Below are positions 20,773 through 30,780 of a stretch of DNA of 64,000 nt, in pieces. Source of the DNA: an uncultured Chloroflexia bacterium. GTDB lineage: Bacteria; Chloroflexota; Anaerolineae; JAAYZQ01. Under the pieces are notes generated by a model. The model searched no databases. It was not told the DNA's origin and saw nothing but the letters and a program-made list of their open reading frames with translations. Where the stretch lies: positions 1,504,001-1,568,000 of the forward strand of contig CAVOXA010000010.1 in assembly GCA_963700285.1 (NCBI GenBank), read 5' to 3'. The first letter of the stretch is position 1. Each line of letters starts with the position of its first letter. Position numbers and translations under genes: made by a program.

Positions 20773-21135
20773 TTTTTCTCTCCTTGTCTCGTCCTACCCT
20801 TGGAATTAGATTCAGAAACGAACCAACGAAAAACAAAGCAGCGATTGCTCTTCTAAGCCTCACCCCCCTCTTCTACACCTGACCCTATGAAGCTACGGCG
20901 CACAATTGTCTAACCTTCTTCAACCTATGAAGCGATCCACGAACCCGCCCAAAGCCCTGTCGCAGGGTACCAGTCAGTCCTCGGGTCGAGGGTTAGGGCA
21001 GGAACCCCCAGGAATATAATACTACAAGATGGTGGTCTAGGCAAGTCTCAAAGATTAACAATTCTAGAACTAGGCCGAAATCTCCTTTTCGGCCGGAGGT
21101 CTGTTGTTACCCGGCAGGGTTACCCCGAAGCCGTC

Positions 21136-22596
21136 CTATTGCTGCCCAGCCAGGACCGCATTGGCTTCGACGGCAGCCCTGTCCAGGACGGTCTGGGGAT
21201 CGGCCAGACTCTGCGTCACAGAGACGATGGCGGTGTAGAGAAGGTCGCGTACCTCCAATTCGGCGGCCACTGCCGGCTCCGGCTTCCCATAGGGCAGAAT
21301 CTCCTCAACCTGGGCCAAGACAAAGGGGTGGGCTTCCAGAGTCTCAGTCATCATGCCCAGGGCTGAAACCCGTACCGGCATGGCCTCCAACTCTGCCGCC
21401 CAGCGGGCTGTCTGGTCCGTGTCGGTGAACCACCGGATCAGACGCCACGCGGCTCGTTCCTGTGCCGGGTCTCCCTGCGTGACAAAGAAGCTAGCGCCGT
21501 AGAGGGTTGTAGCCGGTTGAGCCGGGTCAGCCTGGGGGATCAAGGTCTGGTACCAATGAAAGGGGGGCATGCCTCTGTTCAGCGCGCCATCGTAGGCGTC
21601 GGCATAGAGCTGGCTGTTGCCGGTGGAGGAGAAAGCAAAAGCCGCCTGGCCGTTGGCAAAGGCAATATAGTCCCCATACGGGGTTTCGGGCCGCCAGGCC
21701 AGGCCGGCGTCCATCAAGCGGCGAAGCAGTGCCAGGCTCTCCACACCGGCGGGGCCATTGAAGGCCGCGCGCTGGCCAGTGCTGTCCAATTGCTGTCCCC
21801 CACGGCTGTACAGCCAGGCGTTAAAGGTTGTGACACTCTCGACAAAGGGATAGCAGTCCACGCCGGTGCGGGCGCTGACATCAAAGCAGACCTGTTCAAA
21901 CTCCGCCCAGGTGGCCGGGGCGCGGTCCCAACCTGCCTGGGCCAGCAACGTGCCGTTGACCCACATGCCGATGGCGTTTTGGGAAAAAGGGAAGGCCATG
22001 ATCTGCCGGCCGAAACCGGGTAGTTGGGCGGCATCCAGATAGCCAGGATAGATGTCAGCCAGGTCCTCGTCGGTCAGACCAACCTCTGGATCGTTGAAGT
22101 AGGCGTCCAAGGGGGCCACCAGGCCAGCTTTTGCGTATTGGGTGATCATGCTGGGAAAGGCGACGGCCAGGTCGGGCAACTCGCCGTCGGGCATCTCTGC
22201 CAGCACAGCTTCGTGGATGCCGGGATAGCCGTTTTTGGCCACGATCTCGACCAGGACGTCAGGGTTTTGGGCTTCAAAATCGCGGATCATCTCTGCCAGG
22301 AGCAACCCCTGGGGGCGGTCGAGGGGAAAGGGCTCCCAGAAGACGACAGGTGTGACCCCGGGTGGGAGGGTGTTGGCCGGCTCCGGGCCACCTGTTTCCT
22401 CCGGCTCAGGCGTCGGAGAGAGTGATTCGGGCGCCTCGCCGCGATTGAGCTGAAGCGTATCGGGTATTAGCTTGCATCCAACCAGGCTGGTGACCAGCAG
22501 CACGAGCGAGCAGGCGATCCCGAGTACCCGGCGGGCATTGGATGATCCTGCCCACGGACGGTTGGCCCTACCTGGCAGGCTGAAGAGCTGCTTCAC
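21136..22596 (-). CDS. Extracellular solute-binding lipoprotein (CUT1/UgpB-like)
   Basis: LVGC lipobox; PDLAVAF, APATWAEF, AAWRLIRWF motifs. Confidence 0.88.
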   Translation of the reverse strand: MKQLFSLPGRANRPWAGSSNARRVLGIACSLVLLVTSLVGCKLIPDTLQLNRGEAPESLSPTPEPEETGGPEPANTLPPGVTPVVFWEPFPLDRPQGLLLAEMIRDFEAQNPDVLVEIVAKNGYPGIHEAVLAEMPDGELPDLAVAFPSMITQYAKAGLVAPLDAYFNDPEVGLTDEDLADIYPGYLDAAQLPGFGRQIMAFPFSQNAIGMWVNGTLLAQAGWDRAPATWAEFEQVCFDVSARTGVDCYPFVESVTTFNAWLYSRGGQQLDSTGQRAAFNGPAGVESLALLRRLMDAGLAWRPETPYGDYIAFANGQAAFAFSSTGNSQLYADAYDGALNRGMPPFHWYQTLIPQADPAQPATTLYGASFFVTQGDPAQERAAWRLIRWFTDTDQTARWAAELEAMPVRVSALGMMTETLEAHPFVLAQVEEILPYGKPEPAVAAELEVRDLLYTAIVSVTQSLADPQTVLDRAAVEANAVLAGQQ

Positions 22597-22761
22597 GATT
22601 GAGTACTACCTCCTGGCATTGGGTTCCGCCAGCGACTGTAGAGCAGGTGGTATCTGATGCAATACACAACCTACCCTTGTCCGTACCACATATTCCTCCA
22701 ATTGTGGAATTATACCATGCCTTCGCTTATTCTGGTACCCACTGTTCGCGGGAGGATCAGA

Positions 22762-22980
22762 GGCCCCATCTTTCTGGCGGTCGGGCGAACGCTCGAACTC
22801 GGCCAGGACGCGTTTGCGCTCCTCGACGCCGCAGACAATGGGTGGGTCATCGCCGTGTCTCAGCTCGATGGCTGCCAGTCCCTCGCGGTTGAACCACGAG
22901 ACCTACTGCGAGACGGCGTCCCCTGAACGGCGACCGGCTGCCCAAGCGGCCGCCGTGTAGCCCTGACCATCTGCTACAAC
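22762..22980 (-). mobile_element. IS630-like transposase N-terminal HTH remnant
   Basis: Manual translation [39 protein letters not shown]...EERKRVLAEFERSPDRQKDG with internal stop. Confidence 0.7.
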
Positions 22981-23016
22981 CAGCTCAGATTGACTGTAGG
23001 CATGAAAAGCGACCCG

Positions 23017-26000
23017 CTAGTACACGATTCGCAAGGTGTAGGGGCGATCACTGTTGTAGCCTGCTCCGGTGTTGATGTAGATGTAGTACAGCCCAGGTTG
23101 CCCAGGATATTCGATGTGATAGGGTGGTTGCAGGGCTAAGGAGACCGGGTCTTCTGTCGATCGGTAGAACAACTGTAGCTGCACGTGCTGTCCTGTGTGA
23201 TCGCTCAGATCTATGCGGATGATCCCAGGAGCGCCCAAGTGGAAATAGAAATAGTCTTTCTGGTCATCAGGATAGCCATGATACTCCAGGTCAGACAACA
23301 ATGGCCCATTCGCGTTGGAAGCACTATCGTTGTGCTCTTTCTCCCAGAGCACGTCCACCCACTGCGGATTACTCCAAGGGCTGCTACCCACAGCATTGCG
23401 ACCCTGGACACGGTAGAAGTAGCGGGTAGGCCCATGGCCACTGACCTCGAAGCCGGTCGACGGACCAGCGTATATCTGCTTCGGGCTGCTGAAAGAGCTA
23501 TCCCCTGCTTCCTGCAACACGTATGCTTGGGCGCCAGACGCGGCCGTCCAACTGACCCTGTAGCTGCCATCGCCATCGGGATTGCTGATGGGTAGCAGGG
23601 CAGGTACAGATGACGAACCAGCGATGACAAGTGGAAGGAAAACTCGTTTGGCCTCAGGGGGGTCGCTGCAATCAAAGTTGGCCGTGACCGACCTATTACC
23701 AGTCATGGTCACAGTGGTCCACATGGCACTACCGGTGGCATCGCCGCTCCAGTGGTTGAAGGTACAGGAAGAGGCCGCGGTGGTCGTCAACTGAACCTGA
23801 GTACCAGAGGCGTACTTGCTGGAATCGTTGGCGCAGTTAGGCGACGGGTCGGCGAGCACCGAGCCGCCATCAATGGGTCTGATCTCTGTCGTGAGCGTAT
23901 AGCATTCCACTGGCTGGTCTTCCATGCCCAGGCGTAGCACGAAGGCATCTGTGTCTCCGTTGTGGTTAGGGTCAAAAGCCCCGTTCGTGGAGGGAAAGTT
24001 CGAGGAATCAGTGCGGCCCGCTACGACGGCGTTGCCTGTGCCTGCCAGCGCGACTGCATGCGCTTGCTCACCTTTTGTCCCGCCAACAAAGGTGCTGTAC
24101 AACAGGGACCCTCCGTCGGCGGCTAGTTTCAGGATCATGATATCACTGCTCCCATTATGGCCTCGATCAAAGGCCCCAACCGTAGTAGGGAAATTCCCGG
24201 ACTCGGTCCAACCAGTGACCACCGGACTTCCATCGCTATCCAGGGCCAAGCCAAAGCCAGCATCGCCACTGCTTCCTCCGACATAGGTGCTGTACAGAAG
24301 TGATCTTCCGTCAGTGGCAACTTTCGAGATGAAGACGTCGCTTGCTCCGTTGTGCCCCTGGTCGTACGCCCCGGAAGTGGTGGGAAAGTTCGCAGAGTTT
24401 GTGTAACCCGCTACTGTGGGATTGTTGTTCCCGTCCAGGACCAGACCGCGCACGCGCTCGTCGCCGCTTCCTCCGAGAAAGGAACTGTAGATCAATCGGC
24501 TGCCATCACCAGCGAGCTTCAGAATCCAGGCATCCTGGCCCCCGTTGTGTGTGGGATCAAAGGCGCTGCTGGTGGAGGGAAAGTCCGAAGACCATGTGTA
24601 GCCTGCAACGACAAGATCGCCCCTGTCGAACTTTACCCACCGTCCAATATCCTCCCCAGACCCTCCCACGAGCGTACTATACACCAGCCCCCCGCCGCTA
24701 GCTGCCAGCTTCAGAACAAACACGTCCTTGGCTCCATTGAAGCCTTGATCAAAGGCTCCGGAGGTGACTGGAAAATCCCAAGAGCTGGTATAGCCGGTGA
24801 CCACTGGGTTGCCAGATCCATCCAGTGCAACAGCGAAAGCCTCATCTTCTTCGATTCCTCCGACGAAAGCGCTGTACAGCAAAAACCGCCCGTCGGATGA
24901 CAGTTTCAAGATAAAGCCGTCCCTCTTTTGGCCGAAAACGGTGTCAAACGCACCTGGTGTTGTAGGGAAGTCTGAAGACCAAGTATAGCCAGCGACCCAG
25001 ACATTGCCAGCATTGTCTAGCGTCAGGCCATACGCATCCTCATCATTGCTTCCGCCTACGAAGGTGCTGTTCAGCAGCGTCTTGCCGTCGGTGGACAATT
25101 TGAAGACATACACGTCCATGCCACCAGCGTGTCCCCCATCGTAGGCCCCTGCAGTGGTAGGAAAACTGCTGGATTGTGTAGAACCGGTGACCACCACATT
25201 TCCCCCGCTGTCCAGGACCATCCCATGGCACAGTTCTTTGTTGCTGCCTCCCACAAACGTGCTGTAGTCGAGCCCAGGATCGATCACCAACGGTCGGCTG
25301 GGATCGTAAGGGCCAACAGCAAAGCCGACGCGCAGTCCTGGCCCGACGAGAAAGTCGGCAACCACAGGCTCTCGCTGTGCATTGGTCCCCTCCTGCCAGG
25401 CCAGGGGGGCCTCTTCGATGAGGGTACCCCAGGGGGTCTGGATCTCCAGTTGACCGACCCGGTTAACCCGTAGCGCCTCTGCCCCGTCGTAGGCCAAGGC
25501 GATCTCTGTCACTTTAGCCCCAGGCCGCAGGACAAATTCGTACTTGGGTTGCCCCTCAACACCCTTGTAGCGCAGATCCGTCTGCGGGTAGAGGTCATGG
25601 TAGAGGATACCGGCATAAGTGGGCACCCCCTGTTGCCATTGGGAGGGGTCGTTGCCGATGATATAGTTGGCATACCCAGGTAACGGCGCCACGCCTTCAA
25701 GGCGAGGGTTGGGCGACGCCCCGACAAAGCGCACTTTGAGTGCAAAGTGCTCCGCAGAACGCTTGTTCCATTGTTCCGAAGAGTTGGTCTGGGTTGTAGG
25801 AACGCTGGATGGCGCTCGTCGGCTAGCCGAGGCGGAGCTGGGACTCTGCTGCCCAAAAACGATGGCTACCTCCTGAGGGGTAAAAAAGTACGTGCTACCA
25901 GTGGGACGGGCTACAAAGCGAACACGCTCATCGAACTGCCCGCGATTGGCTTCAAAGCTGAGAGGGAGTCGGTCGTAGACCTTTGCGAGGGTCCCATCAT

Positions 26001-26145
26001 CCGCCGGTGATGGGCTGGCTGCGACCCGTCCAGAAGAATCCACCGTGACCGGCGCTAGACGCGCTGCTGCTGGTGCGGCCGGGGTGGTCCAAATCACCAG
26101 CAAGGCCACAATACTCCACGTTCTTTGCATGATCCGATTGCTCAT
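23017..26145 (-). CDS. Secreted SBBP-repeat beta-propeller surface protein with B-repeat-like, FN3-like and PPC-like domains
   Basis: Signal peptide; FEANRGQ; LVIDP; about 8 repeats YSTFVGG....VTGxTxSxxFPTTxGAFD; FNHWSGD; YFYRVQG. Confidence 0.9.
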   Translation of the reverse strand: MSNRIMQRTWSIVALLVIWTTPAAPAAARLAPVTVDSSGRVAASPSPADDGTLAKVYDRLPLSFEANRGQFDERVRFVARPTGSTYFFTPQEVAIVFGQQSPSSASASRRAPSSVPTTQTNSSEQWNKRSAEHFALKVRFVGASPNPRLEGVAPLPGYANYIIGNDPSQWQQGVPTYAGILYHDLYPQTDLRYKGVEGQPKYEFVLRPGAKVTEIALAYDGAEALRVNRVGQLEIQTPWGTLIEEAPLAWQEGTNAQREPVVADFLVGPGLRVGFAVGPYDPSRPLVIDPGLDYSTFVGGSNKELCHGMVLDSGGNVVVTGSTQSSSFPTTAGAYDGGHAGGMDVYVFKLSTDGKTLLNSTFVGGSNDEDAYGLTLDNAGNVWVAGYTWSSDFPTTPGAFDTVFGQKRDGFILKLSSDGRFLLYSAFVGGIEEDEAFAVALDGSGNPVVTGYTSSWDFPVTSGAFDQGFNGAKDVFVLKLAASGGGLVYSTLVGGSGEDIGRWVKFDRGDLVVAGYTWSSDFPSTSSAFDPTHNGGQDAWILKLAGDGSRLIYSSFLGGSGDERVRGLVLDGNNNPTVAGYTNSANFPTTSGAYDQGHNGASDVFISKVATDGRSLLYSTYVGGSSGDAGFGLALDSDGSPVVTGWTESGNFPTTVGAFDRGHNGSSDIMILKLAADGGSLLYSTFVGGTKGEQAHAVALAGTGNAVVAGRTDSSNFPSTNGAFDPNHNGDTDAFVLRLGMEDQPVECYTLTTEIRPIDGGSVLADPSPNCANDSSKYASGTQVQLTTTAASSCTFNHWSGDATGSAMWTTVTMTGNRSVTANFDCSDPPEAKRVFLPLVIAGSSSVPALLPISNPDGDGSYRVSWTAASGAQAYVLQEAGDSSFSSPKQIYAGPSTGFEVSGHGPTRYFYRVQGRNAVGSSPWSNPQWVDVLWEKEHNDSASNANGPLLSDLEYHGYPDDQKDYFYFHLGAPGIIRIDLSDHTGQHVQLQLFYRSTEDPVSLALQPPYHIEYPGQPGLYYIYINTGAGYNSDRPYTLRIVY

Positions 26146-26199
26146 TGGTCACCTTCTTTGAACCAGAATCCTAACACCATCCAACGCATTTTAGCCGGT

Positions 26200-26950
26200 G
26201 TACCGGCATTCGGTTTCAATCGCAGCCACCAGGTGGTAGCTTGACGGCGAGAATGGCTGGGGTGGGCCTGCCAGCGCCTGGCCCGTCTCCTGCGGCTCAG
26301 GTTCAATCACCCGCGGACGTTCGGTCCACACAGGCGTGGGCGTGACCGCACTGCCAGGACGTACCAACGCTCATGGCGAGCAATCAAGTCCCGCAGCAGG
26401 GTCGAGTCGCCGTGGACTTGCACCGGCAACCCAACTCATGGGCACAACTGCCTGCCAGGCATCTTCCAACATCGCCATAGCTTGCTGAGGCTTGGTCTGA
26501 AAGAGTGCGTCGCAGGAATTTTGGCTTGCTCTCGCCGCTCAAGGTCGTTGCACTACTCTTCTTCGGGCGGATACAGGCGGCGATCCAGGAACACGTGCCC
26601 CTCGGCCGTCGCATAGCTCAGAAAAGCACCAATCTCATAGTTCTCGATCTTGGGGGCAGTGCCCGAGTACTGCCATTTGATACCCACCGAGTGGTTGCCG
26701 CGTTTGATGAAGCCGGTCTCGTCCACTACACCGATCCCGTCTTTCCAAAAATCTGAGTCTTGTATTGCAACAGCCGATCCACGGCGGTGTCTGTACTCCA
26801 CCGCACCTGATACAGCAAGCGCTGCGTGGCATCCGGGGTGCGGTCACCGACTACTTGGGCCAATTGCCAGCCATTCTTGCGCAGCACCGACGCCATCAGC
26901 CCTCCAACGGTTTCGTGTTGTCGCCCCTGATCATCAAAAAGGGCTGTTTT
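26200..26950 (-). mobile_element. Degraded IS701-family transposase
   Basis: VVDETGFIKRGNHSVG..QYSGT..KIEN...LDRRLY; FQTKP; multiple stops and frameshifts. Confidence 0.85.
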
Positions 26951-27524
26951 GTAAAACGCGGTTGTAGTACTAGCCAGAGGGGTAGCAGCGGGAACAGAAA
27001 CACGGACAAACCGAAAGTAGGACAACTTGTGCCCCATGGCTATTGCCCTTCAACCCCTCAGTGGCTCTTGAAGCCACGGCTGTGAGTAGCAGAGACCTGG
27101 GATACGGCTTTTCTTTGCGGTGGCGTGATGCAATGATCGACCGAAGGAAGCCATGTTCTGGTAGCAGGCCGTGGAATGCGGGAGTTTCCAAGGGGCTAAT
27201 CAAAAAGTCCACAGACCTTGCGCTCGTTGGCAACCGTTGGCTTTGACTCGTACCCAATCCAATTATAGCATACGATTGCTATATTGCCAAGCCTAGTTTC
27301 TTCAGCTTGGCGATCGGGTTCGCCTGTCAGAACTCCAGACCTGGTCCAGACAAGACTAAATCTTTGCCGGGCTGCTATTCGTGGTTCGGCGCTACACACG
27401 GCTCAATACCTCACAAGCCAAGGTGGCACATTGAAAAAGCAGAAAAAGGAGGAAATACCCTATTTCCCCACTGCTGGGCAGAGTACGTCTGCCTTGGATG
27501 CGTGCCGAATCAACCCCGGTGAGA

Positions 27525-27553
27525 TTGACAACACATCCAAGGTGGGTTATAAT
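27525..27553 (+). promoter_or_regulatory. Consensus sigma70 promoter of the ABC operon
   Basis: TTGACA-17 bp-TATAAT; inverted repeat CCTTGGATG (27492) / CATCCAAGG (27534) straddles the -35. Confidence 0.85.
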
Positions 27554-27577
27554 ACCTCTTGTGAAGGAGGAGGTTCA

Positions 27578-27709
27578 ATGGCGAAGGCAACCTCGGTCCA
27601 TGGCAGGCTCTTGGCCTGCCGGTACTACATCTTGCTCATTTCTTCCTTCCAGGGGAGGCGTTCAGGGTCACCATCTATGCCATATCCTGGCCCGAAGGAG
27701 ACCCAATGA
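27578..27709 (+). CDS. Small 43-aa ORF leading the operon
   Basis: AAGGAGGAGG RBS; stop overlaps permease start (ATGA). Confidence 0.45.
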   Translation: MAKATSVHGRLLACRYYILLISSFQGRRSGSPSMPYPGPKETQ

Positions 27710-29154
27710 GCGCTGGCTTTTTTTCTGGCCGGAAGGGTCGTGCTCGGCGGGAAACCCTCACCGCCTACCTCTTTTTGCTCCCCTCCATCGTCGTCATCTT
27801 TGTCTTTGGCCTTTGGCCGGTTACCCACGCGCTGTACGTCAGCATGCACAAATGGAATATCAAACCCAAGGGTTCGGAGTGCCTGCCCTATTGGCTGGCA
27901 TCGGCTGGGTATTGGATCGCCCGAGGCCTTGGAGCAGACGGACTGCCTAGGGCTCGACAACTATGTGGAGCCTGCTGGGCCTGCAGAACCTGTCCGCGAT
28001 TGTAGGCGATGATCTTGGCTGTCGTTCTGGGCACGGTGGCCTACAGCCTGTGGAAAAGGGCGAGGCGAGGCAGAAAGGGCAGGCATCGGCTACCAGGTCG
28101 TGGCCGGGGTGGCCGCGTTGTTGGCCATCTTCTTTTTGGTTCGGGCCATCCCTGGCCTGGTTGATTCCGGGGAATGGACCTACCTGGTCAGCATCGGCCT
28201 GTTCTTGGTGGCCTGGCTGGTCTGGAAAGGCGCAGGCATGAGCGGCTCGTACGCTGAAACTCATCCTGCGCTGGCTGGCCGTCATCGCCCTGATCGCCAG
28301 CGCCCTCTGGTTCTTTTTTGTCGACTTTCAGCGCATGTGGGACATGGGCAACCAGGATTTCTTCAAGTCGCTGATCTACACCGTCTTTTACTCGATCGGG
28401 ACGGTGCCTATCCAGTTGAGTGTCTCTCTGGCGCTGGCCTATATCCTATTCCAAGGTATTCGGGGACAGGGGGCGTTCCGTTTGCTCTACTTTATGCCCT
28501 ATATCGCCCCCTCGGTGGCCACAGCTGTCGTGTTCAAGCGCATCTTTTCCCTGCGGGACACGGGCCTGATGAACAGGTTCATCGGATTCTGTTGGTGTCC
28601 CGCCCCAGAAGTGGCTGCACGAAGCCAAAGGCGTCAACGTCGTTATCATGGACCTGATCAACCAATTCTTTGGCACCAGCCTGACCTGGCCCGACTTCTC
28701 CGACCCGCTCAACACGATCCTCAGCGGGCCCAGCCTGGCGCTGGTGTCGATCATTATCTACAACTGGTGGGTCTTTGTCGGCTATGACACCGTCATCTAT
28801 CTGGCTGGCCTGGGCGCCATCCCCCACGAGCTGTACGAAGCGGCCGAGATCGATGGCGCCGGGCGCTGGTCGCTCTTTCGCAAGATCACCATCCCGCTGC
28901 TGTCGCCGACCACCTTTTTCCTGACGATCATTGCCACCATCGGCACCTTCAAGGCATTCAACCACATCTGGATGATGAAGGAGTTGACGGCACGCGACAC
29001 GGTGGATACGGCCAGCATCCTGATCTTCCAGACCTTCCGCGCCGATGGCAAGTTTGGTGAGGCAGCGGCCATGGCCTTTATCCTGTTTGGCATCATCCTG
29101 GTGCTGTCACAGATCCAGAATCGCATCGGGGAGAAGCTGGTGTTCTATGGCTAG
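27706..29154 (+). CDS. CUT1 carbohydrate ABC permease 1 (frameshifted, extra TM segment)
   Basis: AYLFLLPS; ELYEAAEIDGA..FRKITIPLLSP EAA loop. Confidence 0.88.
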
Positions 29155-30542
29155 GCCGCAAAGTTCCCAGTCCTGTATCGGATCGACTCCGGATCGCATT
29201 GGGACGAGGGTCCACCTATCTGATCCTGCTCCTGGGCGCCGGTATCATGGTCCTGCCGTTCCTGTGGATGTTGAGCACGTCGGTGATGACCATCGGCGAG
29301 GCCAACGGCGGCCGGTTGTTGCCCCGTGTCGCGCGAATGACTTGCCCCTACGTCAATCTGCCCAAGCTTGTGGAGGGAACGGTCATCGATTTTGCCGTCA
29401 GTCCCGAGGTCCGGGAAGGGGAACAGGAGCTACACACCGACAGCTACTATGTTGAGGTCGCCCCAGGCTCAGAAAGCAGCTGGCAGTGGCAGTTCCGCCT
29501 GGTGAACAACAAGGCCGAGCCTGTAGCCGATCGTGCCTGTGGGACAGCCAGACGGTGCCCTGACGGATGGACTGGCAGTCGATCCCCGATGGCGGCGGGC
29601 CGGTGGACACCGGCCGGGGCCTGTCCTTCACCTTTGCTCCGCCTGGCGGCTTACACAGAGCGCTGACCGCCGGTCTGGCGCTGCTCGAACGGACTATGTA
29701 AACTGTTGCGAGTATCCCACCGACGTTCTGAGAAAGCAGCTGGCCGAGCGTGCCGAGCGGAAATACACAGGGCGGCCCATTCCCGAGGATCTCAGCAACT
29801 GCCGCACAGCTAGGCCGCAAGATCGGCTATTTCTTTTCTGAGTTCATCGGCGGCAACTATTACCAGGCCTGGATCACGGCCAACTTTCAGCGAATATGTG
29901 TGGAACAGCGTCCGCCTCACGGCCATCACGCTGGTCGGGCATCCTGATCGTGTCCACCCTGGCCGCCTATGCCTTTGGCCGGATGAGCTTCCCGGGACGC
30001 GAACTTTCTGTTCGCTCTGCTGCTGTCGACGATGATGATCCCCGAGACGGTGATCATGATCCCCAACTTTTTGACCATCACCGGCAACAACCCCTTCCTG
30101 CCCTTCATCAACTGGTACGATAACTGGCCGGCGCTGACGATTCCCGTTCATGGCCGGCTTTTTTAACATCTTTTTGCTGCGCCAGTTCTTTGCCCAGATC
30201 CCGGACGAGTTGTGGGATGCGGCCCGCATCGACGGCGCGGGGCACCTGCGTTTCCTGGTCCAGGTGGTGCTGCCCCTGTCCAAGGCGCCGATCATGACCG
30301 TCGTCATCTTTGCCTTCATCGGCTCGTGGAACGCCCTGCTGTGGCCCCTGATCGCCACCAAGGCGGGTTCCGACTGGTGGCCCATCTCGGTGGGCTTGCA
30401 GAACTTTGTCAGCGAGGCCGGGCCGGAAACCCACCTGTGGATGGCCGGTGCCAGCATCAGCATGCTCCCTGTCTTGATCCTGTACTTCCTGGCCCAGAAG
30501 CAGTTCATCGAGGGTATTGCCACGACTGGTCTGAAGGGCTAG
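29147..30542 (+). CDS. CUT1 carbohydrate ABC permease 2 with large extracytoplasmic insert (frameshifted)
   Basis: PFLWML; [14 protein letters not shown]; [11 protein letters not shown]; WNALLWP; QKQFIEGI. Confidence 0.85.
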
Positions 30543-30780
30543 GTGGCACTGGGCAGCAAGTCTTGGAGCGATCCCAGGGTGGAACCTGCGCACTCCGGTC
30601 CGTCGGACCAGGGGGTCTGGTTCGGGAGACCGGCTGAAGCGCCTGCGCCCATTGAAGGAAAGGAGGTGATACGAGCAGCATCGATAACAGCAACCAAGGT
30701 GGCAGACTGCAAGACATGGTTCGCAGATGGCAACAGTTCGATTCGAGCAACCCATCAAGAAATCGGAGGAGAGTAAGCAA

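Noticed and set aside
20880-21070. Pho box upstream of phnD
   Set aside because: Only weak repeats (CCTATGAAGC twice; CTAACC/TCAACC); not enough to call.
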